Below are positions 1 to 8,362 of a stretch of 64,000 nucleotides of DNA, in pieces. The DNA lies in NCBI GenBank assembly GCA_030605095.1, contig JAUWBJ010000002.1, positions 2,355 to 66,354 on the forward strand, in the 5' to 3' direction. The notes beneath the pieces were generated by a model. That model searched no databases. It was not told the origin of the DNA and was given only the letters and a program-made list of their open reading frames with translations. Position 1 is the stretch's first letter, and every line of letters starts with the position of its first letter. Source of the stretch: Candidatus Omnitrophota bacterium. GTDB taxonomy: Bacteria; Omnitrophota; Gorgyraeia; JABMRN01; RBG-13-46-9. The position numbers were made by a program, and so were the translations under genes.

Positions 1-221
1 AAGCGCTTATCGGGGCCATAGTTAAAATGAAGGATGTAGACTCGGGAGAAGAGCTTCGGTATACCCTGGTATCGGAGCTGGAAGCGGATTATTCACAGGG
101 CAAGATTTCCGTGGATTCACCCATAGGTAAGGGATTGTTGGGCCATAAGAAAAACGAAATAGTTGAGATTGAAGTTCCCGCAGGTATCCTGAAGTATAAA
201 ATACTAAAGATATCGAGATAA
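1..221 (+). CDS. greA: Transcription elongation factor GreA, C-terminal part (gene starts upstream of window)
   Basis: ORF tail '...SPIGKGLLGHKKNEIVEIEVPAGILKYKILKI' matches the GreA C-terminal FKBP-like domain; the reading frame is open to position 1. Confidence 0.8.
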   Translation, partial: ALIGAIVKMKDVDSGEELRYTLVSELEADYSQGKISVDSPIGKGLLGHKKNEIVEIEVPAGILKYKILKISR

Positions 222-256
222 AGAAACGATTCTCACGAAAAATTTGGTTTATAGTT

Positions 257-285
257 TTGACTTACATCGCTAATTGATGTATAAT
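257..285 (+). promoter_or_regulatory. Consensus sigma70-type promoter (TTGACT, 17-bp spacer, TATAAT)
   Basis: TTGACT at 257-262 and TATAAT at 280-285 with exactly 17 nt between them, about 45 nt upstream of the small ORF at 330. Confidence 0.5.
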
Positions 286-329
286 ACTGAATAATAGTTC
301 CAGAGAAACAAACTTAAAAAGGAGGTAAC

Positions 330-497
330 ATGGGATATCAACAAGGTGGCGGTGGATTTGACAGAGGACCGCGAGAGATGCACAAGGCGATTTGCGCAGA
401 CTGTAAGAAAGAATGCGAAGTTCCCTTCAAACCTAGCGGAGACCGTCCGGTATATTGCAGGGAGTGCTTTTCAAAGCGCAGGAACGAAGGTCGTTAA
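330..497 (+). CDS. Small zinc-ribbon protein with CxxC-x17-CxxC motif (55 aa; absent from the ORF track because it is under 60 aa)
   Basis: ATG at 330 preceded by AAAAAGGAGGT. Translation MGYQQGGGGFDRGPREMHKAICADCKKECEVPFKPSGDRPVYCRECFSKRRNEGR contains CADC-x17-CREC. A terminator hairpin follows at 532-566. Confidence 0.6.
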   Translation: MGYQQGGGGFDRGPREMHKAICADCKKECEVPFKPSGDRPVYCRECFSKRRNEGR

Positions 498-531
498 AAG
501 TAAGTGATTGAGGTTTTGGGACTTTTATTTA

Positions 532-566
532 AATGCCCTCTTTTTAACAGAGGGCATTTTGCTTTT
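532..566 (+). terminator. Rho-independent terminator hairpin
   Basis: aatgccctct-ttttaac-agagggcatt followed by ttgctttt. Confidence 0.55.
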
Positions 567-649
567 CCCGGACAATGTGTTTCCTGGAGGGTATAATCCG
601 AATTATAGGATATCCCGCGCGGGATGGCCAAAGATAAAAGGAGGGTATA

Positions 650-829
650 TTGGCAAGAGATAATTATTCGTATCGAAAGCGTCAGAAAGAATTGGCAAAG
701 AAAAAGAAGAAAGAAGAAAAAAGACAACGCAAACTGGATAGAAAAAACATGCAGTCAAAAGAGAGCGAAGCGCAAGTTCCGAATGAGGAAAGAGAGCAGG
801 GTCCGAACGAGAATATCGCTCCTATCTAA
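650..829 (+). CDS. Small Lys/Arg-rich basic protein (frame uncertain; alternative ORF 624-848 in another frame)
   Basis: TTG at 650 lies 5 nt after AAAGGAGGG and gives LARDNYSYRKRQKELAKKKKKEEKRQRK... (59 aa). The tracked ORF 624-848 is in a different frame and is equally basic. Neither frame is recognisable. Confidence 0.25.
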   Translation: MARDNYSYRKRQKELAKKKKKEEKRQRKLDRKNMQSKESEAQVPNEEREQGPNENIAPI

Positions 830-854
830 TACCATACTCCAAAAATGAACGTAG

Positions 855-1133
855 ATGTGGTATCTTTACATATTAAAGTGTGCCGATAATACCCTCTACA
901 CCGGCACAACAACCAACGTTTCTCGACGAGTAAACGAGCACAACCGCAAGAAAGGCGGCGCTTGCACTAGAGCCCGCTTGCCTGTTAAGCTAGTCCATAA
1001 AGAACCCTACAAAACCAGATCCAAAGCCCTCAAACGCGAAGCCCAAATCAAACGCTGGTCCCGTCAGAAGAAGCTCGCCTTCATATCCAGCGACAAACCC
1101 ACTCCTAAACACCTCAGCCGGTCACGCGACTAA
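855..1133 (+). CDS. GIY-YIG nuclease superfamily protein (UPF0213/YhbQ-like)
   Basis: MWYLYILKCADNTLYTGTTTNVSRRVNEHN... is a canonical GIY-YIG N-terminus. Confidence 0.8.
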   Translation: MWYLYILKCADNTLYTGTTTNVSRRVNEHNRKKGGACTRARLPVKLVHKEPYKTRSKALKREAQIKRWSRQKKLAFISSDKPTPKHLSRSRD

Positions 1134-1240
1134 CGCTTATCTCCCTATCTCTGAATCGGTCAATATTTAGCAGGTATTCTCGAATTTTTTATCTCTCTTT
1201 ATCTCTACAGCGCAAGTTCTTCTGTTTTTATACTAAAGAT

Positions 1241-1249
1241 GGTATAATG
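1241..1249 (+). promoter_or_regulatory. Extended -10 element (TGgTATAAT) upstream of acpP
   Basis: tggtataat at 1241-1249. RBS AAAAAGGAG lies before the acpP ATG at 1321. Confidence 0.35.
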
Positions 1250-1320
1250 TAGTAGAAGAAAGACACACAAAAAAGCATAGTTGACAACGCTATAGAGCAA
1301 ATGGAAAAAGGAGCTGATAA

Positions 1321-1563
1321 ATGTCAGATATAGCAGAAAAGGTTAAATCGGTTATTGCCGAACAGATGAAAATAAAACTGGAAAAAATTACGAAAAACGC
1401 AAAATTTGCCACCGACTTAGGTTTAGATTCCTTAGATATGGTTGAGTTGGTTATAGAATTAGAGGAAGGGTGGGATATTGAAATACCTGACGAAGAAGCC
1501 AAAAAATTAACAACGGTTAACGAAGCAATAAAATACATAGAAGAAAAAATGGCTTCAAAATAG
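1321..1563 (+). CDS. acpP: Acyl carrier protein
   Basis: 80 aa with the DSLD phosphopantetheine-attachment motif ([12 protein letters not shown]). Confidence 0.9.
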   Translation: MSDIAEKVKSVIAEQMKIKLEKITKNAKFATDLGLDSLDMVELVIELEEGWDIEIPDEEAKKLTTVNEAIKYIEEKMASK

Positions 1564-1609
1564 ATTTAAAGATGAATAATAAGTTATTACGATTTGAAAG
1601 GTTGCATTT

Positions 1610-1828
1610 ATGACAAAGGAAGAAGGTATAAAAGTCTCCGGCAAAATTACAGAAACCTTGCCCAATGCCATGTTCCGCGTGGAACTGGAAAACGGACATA
1701 AAGTACTGGCTTATCCCTGCGGCAAAATGAGAAGGCATTTTATAAGAATTTTACCCGGCGACACAGTTACGCTTGAGCTATCCCCCTACGATTTAACTAG
1801 AGGAAGAATTCTTTTTAGGCAGAGGTAA
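1610..1828 (+). CDS. infA: Translation initiation factor IF-1
   Basis: ...[52 protein letters not shown] is near-identical to the IF-1 S1-fold consensus. Confidence 0.9.
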   Translation: MTKEEGIKVSGKITETLPNAMFRVELENGHKVLAYPCGKMRRHFIRILPGDTVTLELSPYDLTRGRILFRQR

Positions 1829-1896
1829 GATACGAAAAATGAAGATGCCTTATGCTAATAAGAAATACGTCAAAGAATTGAGAAAAGGTAGATGTT

Positions 1897-3006
1897 ATGT
1901 CTGATAAGTTAAAACCGCTTATAATAGGAGATTTAAAGATAAAAATACCTATCATTCAAGGCGGCATGGGAGTTAAGGTATCTACGGCTTCTTTGGCCAG
2001 CGCAGTCGCGAATTGCGGCGGTGCGGGAACCATAGCCAGTGTTGGGCTTGGTTACGGCACAGAGGAAAACGAAACGAATTTTGTTAAGGCCTCGAGAGAA
2101 GGGCTCCAAAAAGAAATACGTCAGGCTAAGGAATTAACTCAAGGGGTTGTAGGCGTAAACGTAATGGTGGCTCTCAGCAATTACGAGGATTTGGTGCGGA
2201 CTGCGGTAAAAGAGAAGGCGGATTTTATTGTTTCAGGAGCAGGTTTGCCTTTGAGCCTACCGGCATTTACCGAGGGTACTTCAATAAAGCTTATACCGAT
2301 CGTTTCATCAACGAGGGCAGCCGATATTATTATCAAAACATGGAAGAGGCGTTATAATCGTCTACCGGACGCTATTGTTGTTGAAGGCCCAATGGCAGGT
2401 GGACATTTAGGATTTAAATTCGAAGATTTGAAGCTACATAAAGGCGATAGCTTGGAGAGTTTAGTAGTGGCTGTTTTGAAGATGGTTAAAGAATACAAAA
2501 GTGAGCTAGGGGGAGATATCCCGGTTATAGCAGCGGGAGGGATATTTGATGGAAAAGACGTTGCTAAGTTCCTTGGATTGGGAGCGAAGGGTGTCCAAAT
2601 GGCGACCAGATTTGCTGTTACCTTTGAATGTTCCGTCGGGGATGGATTTAAAAAATTATATATTGCGGCCAAGGAAAAAGATGTCATTATCATAAAGAGC
2701 CCCGTTGGCATGCCGGGAAGAGCGATAAAGACCAAGCTTATTGATAGAGTGCTGCATGGCGAAAGAATGCCGTTTAAGTGTAACTATAAGTGCCTTAAAA
2801 CCTGTGATCCTACGACTGTTCCCTATTGCATAGCCAAAGCCTTATTTAACGCTGTAAGCGGTGACCTGGCTAACGCGGTTGTATTTGCGGGAAGTAACGT
2901 TGTAAAAGTGAAAAAGATCGTATCCGTGAAAGAGTTAATGAATGACCTTGTTAGCGAGGCCATCGAAGAGTTAAGGAATAGAGGTATAATCTCACAAAAG
3001 AAGTAG
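1897..3006 (+). CDS. Nitronate monooxygenase-family flavoprotein, putative enoyl-ACP reductase FabK
   Basis: NPD/FabK signature (IIQGGMGV..., TIM barrel) in a 369-aa protein. It sits two genes downstream of acpP. Confidence 0.65.
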   Translation: MSDKLKPLIIGDLKIKIPIIQGGMGVKVSTASLASAVANCGGAGTIASVGLGYGTEENETNFVKASREGLQKEIRQAKELTQGVVGVNVMVALSNYEDLVRTAVKEKADFIVSGAGLPLSLPAFTEGTSIKLIPIVSSTRAADIIIKTWKRRYNRLPDAIVVEGPMAGGHLGFKFEDLKLHKGDSLESLVVAVLKMVKEYKSELGGDIPVIAAGGIFDGKDVAKFLGLGAKGVQMATRFAVTFECSVGDGFKKLYIAAKEKDVIIIKSPVGMPGRAIKTKLIDRVLHGERMPFKCNYKCLKTCDPTTVPYCIAKALFNAVSGDLANAVVFAGSNVVKVKKIVSVKELMNDLVSEAIEELRNRGIISQKK

Positions 3007-3014
3007 GCCATGAC

Positions 3015-3425
3015 ATGAGATTCAGCGTAGGGATAGGCAAAGAGAGGGCCTTAAAGGCAAAGATGGATTCGTTGGGAATAAAAGAAACGGATTTAGAGGA
3101 AAAATTCATACGCTCGAGTAAGCCGGGCGGACAAAATGTCAACAAGACGTCCACATGCGTTTATCTCAAATACAAACCTACAGGCATCGAGGTCAAGTGT
3201 CAAAAAGAACGTTCTCAAGCTTTGAACCGGTTTCTTGCAAGAAGAATACTCGTTAATAAAATTGAATCACTCGTACTGGGTAGAAAGTCAGAGGAACGGA
3301 GGAGAATAGAAAAGATACGCCGTCAGAAACGAAAGCGTTCCCGTAGGGCCAAAGAGAAAATGCTCAGGTATAAAAAAATGCGTTCCGAAAAGAAAAAACT
3401 GCGCAAATTTCCCACCGCAGAATGA
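3015..3425 (+). CDS. arfB: Alternative ribosome-rescue factor ArfB (RF-1 domain peptidyl-tRNA hydrolase)
   Basis: GGQ motif (SSKPGGQNVNKTST) plus a long basic C-terminal tail in a 136-aa protein. Confidence 0.8.
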   Translation: MRFSVGIGKERALKAKMDSLGIKETDLEEKFIRSSKPGGQNVNKTSTCVYLKYKPTGIEVKCQKERSQALNRFLARRILVNKIESLVLGRKSEERRRIEKIRRQKRKRSRRAKEKMLRYKKMRSEKKKLRKFPTAE

Positions 3426-3444
3426 CAAAAGAAGGGATAGACAT

Positions 3445-4077
3445 ATGGGATTGCTGTCGCTCTTATTTAGAGATCCAATAGCATTTCTTTTATTAGTTCC
3501 ACTGCTTCTTTATTCGGTTATCGCTCACGAAATGGCGCATGGTTGGGTTGCTTCACTGTTTGGCGATAATACGGCGAAATACTCCGGTAGATTATCACTC
3601 AACCCGAAATCTCATCTTGACCCAATGGGGACGCTTGCGCTTTTTCTTATAGGGTTTGGATGGGCAAAGCCGGTGCCTGTTAACTATAGAAACTTGAGCA
3701 ATTCCCGTCGAGCCTTTATTGCTGTCTCGCTGGCGGGGTGCGCAATAAATATACTTATCGCAATGATCGCATTATTTTTACTGCATTTTCACACCTTTCG
3801 CACAAACCATCTCTTTGCATCGGCACTTCTCATTACAGCAAGGATAAATATTATACTGGGATCTTTCAACCTGATCCCTATACCTCCCCTGGATGGATCC
3901 CGAGTTCTTATGGAATTTCTGCCCAATAATGCCAAGTATAAACTTGCCGGACTAGAACGATATGGTTTTTTCATAATTATTATCTTGCTGTGGACGGGAA
4001 TTTTGAGCCCGATAATTACATTTGTTCAAAGCTTGATCATTGGGTTAATCGGGATACTATTGAGTTTCCTCGGGTAA
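3445..4077 (+). CDS. Site-2 protease family (peptidase M50) membrane metalloprotease
   Basis: HEMAH zinc motif and NLIPIPPLDGS motif in a polytopic membrane protein. Confidence 0.8.
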   Translation: MGLLSLLFRDPIAFLLLVPLLLYSVIAHEMAHGWVASLFGDNTAKYSGRLSLNPKSHLDPMGTLALFLIGFGWAKPVPVNYRNLSNSRRAFIAVSLAGCAINILIAMIALFLLHFHTFRTNHLFASALLITARINIILGSFNLIPIPPLDGSRVLMEFLPNNAKYKLAGLERYGFFIIIILLWTGILSPIITFVQSLIIGLIGILLSFLG

Positions 4078-4154
4078 TCAAAAATAGAGCCGTAGCCGAG
4101 TCTCAAAATAAATCTTGAGGCTCGTTGCTTTTAGGATTACAATATTGGTGAAAA

Positions 4155-5390
4155 ATGGAGAAGTTTGATGCGATTATAATCGGGGCGGGGCCGGCCGGCA
4201 TGATGGCCGCGATCCGCGCCGGTGAAAGAAACAGAAATATCCTCCTCGTTGAGCGGAACAATACCCCCGGCAAGAAACTCCTCATCTCGGGAAAAGGCAG
4301 GTGTAACCTTACCAATTCTTGCGATATCGAAGACTTTCTCGGGAAATTCTCCCGGTCGCGGCATTTCTTAAGAAATGCCTTCGCAAAGTTTTTTAACACC
4401 GATCTTATGTCATTTTTTGAAAATAACCGCCTTGAACTTAAGAAAGAACATGGCGGCCGCGTATTTCCGGAAAGCGATAAATCAGGCGATATCCTGAATG
4501 TCTTAAAAGCAAAGTTAAAAAATAAGAACATTAAAGTCCTCTCAGGCGAACGTGCCCGCGAGATCATTGTAAAGGATAAAAAAATAGAAGGCATTCTGAC
4601 GTATTCCAATAAGCGTTTTTTAGCGCCGCGCATTGCTATCGCCACAGGCGGCCTATCCTATCCCGGAACAGGTTCGACAGGCGATGGGTATAGGATCGCT
4701 CGAAATCTCGGCCATAAGATCATGCCTTTAAGGCCGGCTCTCTCGCCTATCCTCATTAAAGAAAGATTTATAAGAGACTGGCAGGGCATATCGCTTAAGA
4801 ATGCGCGTTTAACACTTTTTGCCGGCGGTAAAAGAATAGATGAAAGATTCGGCGAGATGCTATTCACCCACTTTGGTTTATCGGGCCCTGTTGTCCTTGA
4901 TATAAGCGCCGATCTCTACGATGCCTTAAAACTCAAAAGTGACGTAACGATATCCATTAACTTCAAGCCCGCCCTGGACTACAAAAAACTGGATGCCAGA
5001 TTACTGCGTGAATTTAAGACAAATTCCGGGAAAAGTATAAAAAATATATTTAAGAATCTTCTGCCCCGGGGTATAATAAGGCGATTTCTTGAATACTGTG
5101 GCGTAAGCGGAAATAAAGGCGCAAGCCAGATCCCAGCAGAGGAAAGAAAGCGTCTTATCAAGGGCTTATTTGATTTAAGATTGACCGTCAAGGGTGTGAT
5201 GCCGGTCAAAGACGGTATCGTTACGAGGGGCGGTGTGAATACAAAAGAGATAAATCCGAAGACCATGGAATCGAGACTTGTAAAGGGGCTTTTTTTCGCG
5301 GGTGAGATTATAGATATAGACGCCAAGACAGGCGGATACAACATGCAGGCAGCATTTTCTACGGGATGGGTTTGCGGTGATAATCTATGA
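4155..5390 (+). CDS. NAD(P)/FAD-dependent oxidoreductase, HI0933/BaiN family
   Basis: N-terminal GxGxxG dinucleotide fold (IIGAGPAGMMAA) and HI0933-like architecture in a 411-aa protein. Confidence 0.8.
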   Translation: MEKFDAIIIGAGPAGMMAAIRAGERNRNILLVERNNTPGKKLLISGKGRCNLTNSCDIEDFLGKFSRSRHFLRNAFAKFFNTDLMSFFENNRLELKKEHGGRVFPESDKSGDILNVLKAKLKNKNIKVLSGERAREIIVKDKKIEGILTYSNKRFLAPRIAIATGGLSYPGTGSTGDGYRIARNLGHKIMPLRPALSPILIKERFIRDWQGISLKNARLTLFAGGKRIDERFGEMLFTHFGLSGPVVLDISADLYDALKLKSDVTISINFKPALDYKKLDARLLREFKTNSGKSIKNIFKNLLPRGIIRRFLEYCGVSGNKGASQIPAEERKRLIKGLFDLRLTVKGVMPVKDGIVTRGGVNTKEINPKTMESRLVKGLFFAGEIIDIDAKTGGYNMQAAFSTGWVCGDNL

Positions 5391-6061
5391 ACCCCGTTAG
5401 AAATTTTGATATACCAGGGAGAAAAAAGGATATTTCTAACGGGGTGAAATATAAAATAATATTAGCGTCGGCGTCAAAGAGGCGCTCGAAGATACTTGAA
5501 GAATGCGGGATACCGCACAGCGTCGTCATAAGTAATGTCCCCGAGAAGATGGACCATAAAAGGGGCGCGAGGTTCAATGTCCTGCATAATGCCCGACTCA
5601 AGACCGAAAAGGTAGCGGGTAGATATAAGGAAGGCTTTGTTATCGGCGTTGATACCGTTGTTTTATTAGGAAAGCGCCTAATCGGAAAACCAAAAACAAG
5701 AAAAGAGGCAAGATCCCTTCTCAACGCATTCTCGGGAAAGACAATCCTTGTCTGTACCGGGCTTTGCGTAATAGACGCTAAAAGAGCAAAATCAAAATGC
5801 GCAGTCGATATATCAAAGGTGCATGTCAAAAAGCTTTCGCGCAAAAAAATAGATAAATTCTTAAGAGTAGCAGGCCCTCATGACAAGGCAGGCGGTTTTT
5901 CGATAGAAGGCCCCGGAACATTCATATTCGATAATATAGAAGGTTCATTCTATAACATACTGGGCCTGCCCATGATGAAACTCTATGGGCTTTTTGAAGA
6001 ATTAGGCGTGGATCTTTTGGGCATGGCGGCATTATCAAATAGAGGAGGAGTTAGCATATGA
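5387..6061 (+). CDS. maf: Maf-like nucleoside triphosphate pyrophosphatase (septum formation protein Maf)
   Basis: KIILASASKRR...GKPKTRKEA...SFYNILGLP is typical of Maf. The real start may be the in-frame GTG at 5444. Confidence 0.8.
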   Translation: MNPVRNFDIPGRKKDISNGVKYKIILASASKRRSKILEECGIPHSVVISNVPEKMDHKRGARFNVLHNARLKTEKVAGRYKEGFVIGVDTVVLLGKRLIGKPKTRKEARSLLNAFSGKTILVCTGLCVIDAKRAKSKCAVDISKVHVKKLSRKKIDKFLRVAGPHDKAGGFSIEGPGTFIFDNIEGSFYNILGLPMMKLYGLFEELGVDLLGMAALSNRGGVSI

Positions 6062-6708
6062 GCCGGATAAAGACAAGATCGATCGAGAATATCGAACGCA
6101 GGATGGACGGAATCGATTCCAAATCCCTAAGATACCAGGTGCTTCAGAACGTTAAAGATTTCAAGACCTCGTGGATAGGCCTGGGGCAGGCGCTTTGCAC
6201 GGTATGGAAGGATAAGCTTTACAAGGAATGGGGCTATAACCAGTTCGATACATATACGTCAAAAGAAATAGGCATAAGGAAACAAACAGCGATGAAACTC
6301 CTCAAATCCTATTATTTTCTCGAAAAGGAAGAGCCGAAGTATCTCGGAAAGAATCCTGAGGATATTACCCCGGCGAAAGTTCCCTCCTATGAGACTGTGG
6401 ATGCATTGCGTCTGGCAAGCAGGAGAAAAGACATAGACAGGGCCGATTACGTGCGCATGAAAGAGAATGTTCTTGAATCAGGCAAGGATACCCGGGATGT
6501 CAGAGCCGCGCTTACACAACTAATAAAAAAGCGTGAAGAGCTCGAACCCGAAGAGGCGCGCGCCAAAAGAAGAATGGCGGTAATTAAGCGATTGATTAGT
6601 CTTTTAAAATCAGTGCGGCAGGAGATTAAGATAACAAAGCTCCTTCCGGTCGAGATAATAAAAGATGCCGATAGGTTGATAAACAAGCTAGAGTCAGAAA
6701 TCTCGTAA
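6058..6708 (+). CDS. Hypothetical protein
   Basis: 216-aa ORF that overlaps maf by 4 bp, so it is probably co-transcribed. No motif recognised. Confidence 0.4.
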   Translation: MSRIKTRSIENIERRMDGIDSKSLRYQVLQNVKDFKTSWIGLGQALCTVWKDKLYKEWGYNQFDTYTSKEIGIRKQTAMKLLKSYYFLEKEEPKYLGKNPEDITPAKVPSYETVDALRLASRRKDIDRADYVRMKENVLESGKDTRDVRAALTQLIKKREELEPEEARAKRRMAVIKRLISLLKSVRQEIKITKLLPVEIIKDADRLINKLESEIS

Positions 6709-6755
6709 AAAATTACATATGAAGCGGCGCTAAAGTTTAATTTCTGGAGAAAAAT

Positions 6756-7790
6756 ATGGTTAAAACAAAAATTATATGTACAGTAGGACCTTCAAGTGAA
6801 AATACTACCGTGCTTCGAAAAATGATGCTAGCGGGAATGGACGTAGCCCGGCTCAATTTTTCACACGCGAGTCATAAAGAACATCTAAGCCGCATAAACT
6901 TAATAAGAAAATTAAATAAAGAATACAGACGCCGTATAAAGATTCTGCAAGACCTCGAGGGTTACCGGATAAGGATAGGAACATTCAGAAATAGAAGTAA
7001 ATCCATAGAGTTAAAAAAAAGACAAACAGTCTATTTAAGCAATCAAAAGAAGGCCAATGATAGGACGACTATACCGTTTGATTATGAGGGCTCTCTCCGC
7101 GATATAAAAAGAGGCGTTTTCATATATATAGACGATGGCAATATCGCACTCAGGGTAAAATCCACATCAAAAAATCATGTACAAGCAGAAGTAGTTACAC
7201 CCGGAATCTTAAAGGAAAACAAAGGCGTTAATATCCCCGGTATTAAGCTTATCTTCAAGGATCTAACCGAAAAAGACAAGAAAGATTTGCAATTCGGCCT
7301 AAAGAACAAAGTGGATTTTATCGCGCAGTCATTTGTGAGGAATAAAAAGGACGTCCTTAACGTAAAGGAATTTGTAAATTATAGTAACGTAAAACCCCGG
7401 ATTATCGCAAAAATCGAAAACCGGGAAGGCATTAAAAATATTGATGGAATACTCGAAGTTGCAGACGGCATTATGATAGCGCGCGGTGATATGGGGGTAT
7501 CTTTACCCATATATGAGGTTCCTATGATGCAGAAAATGATTATAAAGAAGTGCATTAAGCGAAAGAAGATGGTGATTACCGCTACTCAAATGCTCGAAAG
7601 CATGACCGAGCATAAGAGGCCGACACGCGCTGAAGTAAGCGACATTGCAAATGCTATCCTTGATGGCTCCGGCTATTTGATGCTTTCCGGAGAAACCGCG
7701 ATAGGCGCATACCCTGCCCTGGCGGTAAAAATGATGAATGATATTATAAAATTTACAGAATATGCCTTGAAGAGACGGTCTAACAATTAA
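6756..7790 (+). CDS. pyk: Pyruvate kinase, short form (A/B domains only, no C-terminal allosteric domain)
   Basis: KIICTVGPSS...LNFSH...MIARGDMGV motifs are present. The 344-aa length is well below the ~470 aa typical of bacterial Pyk. Confidence 0.75.
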   Translation: MVKTKIICTVGPSSENTTVLRKMMLAGMDVARLNFSHASHKEHLSRINLIRKLNKEYRRRIKILQDLEGYRIRIGTFRNRSKSIELKKRQTVYLSNQKKANDRTTIPFDYEGSLRDIKRGVFIYIDDGNIALRVKSTSKNHVQAEVVTPGILKENKGVNIPGIKLIFKDLTEKDKKDLQFGLKNKVDFIAQSFVRNKKDVLNVKEFVNYSNVKPRIIAKIENREGIKNIDGILEVADGIMIARGDMGVSLPIYEVPMMQKMIIKKCIKRKKMVITATQMLESMTEHKRPTRAEVSDIANAILDGSGYLMLSGETAIGAYPALAVKMMNDIIKFTEYALKRRSNN

Positions 7791-7804
7791 GGGCAATTCT
7801 CACG

Positions 7805-8254
7805 TTGCAGGGGGTTTTGCATTTTTGCGGTTTTACGTATATACTTATAAAAAAGGAGCGAGATATGGAAACATCTGTATTTATCGCCAGGATTTTTGGC
7901 ATATTTTATTTGGTTGCAGCGGCAGGCATGATGTTTAACCGGCAATTCTATCAGAAGTTCATGGAAGACTATTGCAAGAACACTGCGCTGGTTTTTTTCA
8001 GCGGGATGTTTGCACTTATTATCGGCATTGTTATAGTGTTAATTCATAATGTGTGGGTGGCCAACTGGACTGTGATGATTACAATCATAGGTTGGATTGC
8101 GCTCATCAAAGGTATATGGATAATTGTCTTTCCGAATACGGTGCCCAAGTTCATGCAAGCTTACCAGAAAAATGAAAACCTGCTGATAGTTCATTCAATT
8201 GGTGCGCTTATCTTTGGCGCTGTTTTGACTTTTTTTGGATTTTTTGCGGGATAG
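7805..8254 (+). CDS. Hypothetical membrane protein
   Basis: 149 aa with several hydrophobic segments. Confidence 0.4.
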   Translation: MQGVLHFCGFTYILIKKERDMETSVFIARIFGIFYLVAAAGMMFNRQFYQKFMEDYCKNTALVFFSGMFALIIGIVIVLIHNVWVANWTVMITIIGWIALIKGIWIIVFPNTVPKFMQAYQKNENLLIVHSIGALIFGAVLTFFGFFAG

Positions 8255-8362
8255 GACGCTTTACGCAATAGGCTCATCGCAGCAAACCAAAGACGTGAAG
8301 CTTCTGTAAGCACAATGATATATATTATCCGCTGCTCTTAAGTTTTTAGAAGGGGGGTCTGG

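Noticed and set aside
2352-3154. Antisense and overlapping ORFs (2352-2735, 2823-3011, 2951-3154) inside the FabK-like and arfB genes.
   Set aside because: They lie entirely within, and opposite to, well-supported genes. Their low-complexity translations have no motifs, which is typical of spurious reading frames.
4103-5344. Minus-strand ORFs 4103-4645, 4658-4867 and 4979-5344 overlapping the HI0933-family gene.
   Set aside because: The plus-strand gene has clear FAD-fold motifs. The antisense ORFs are motif-less.
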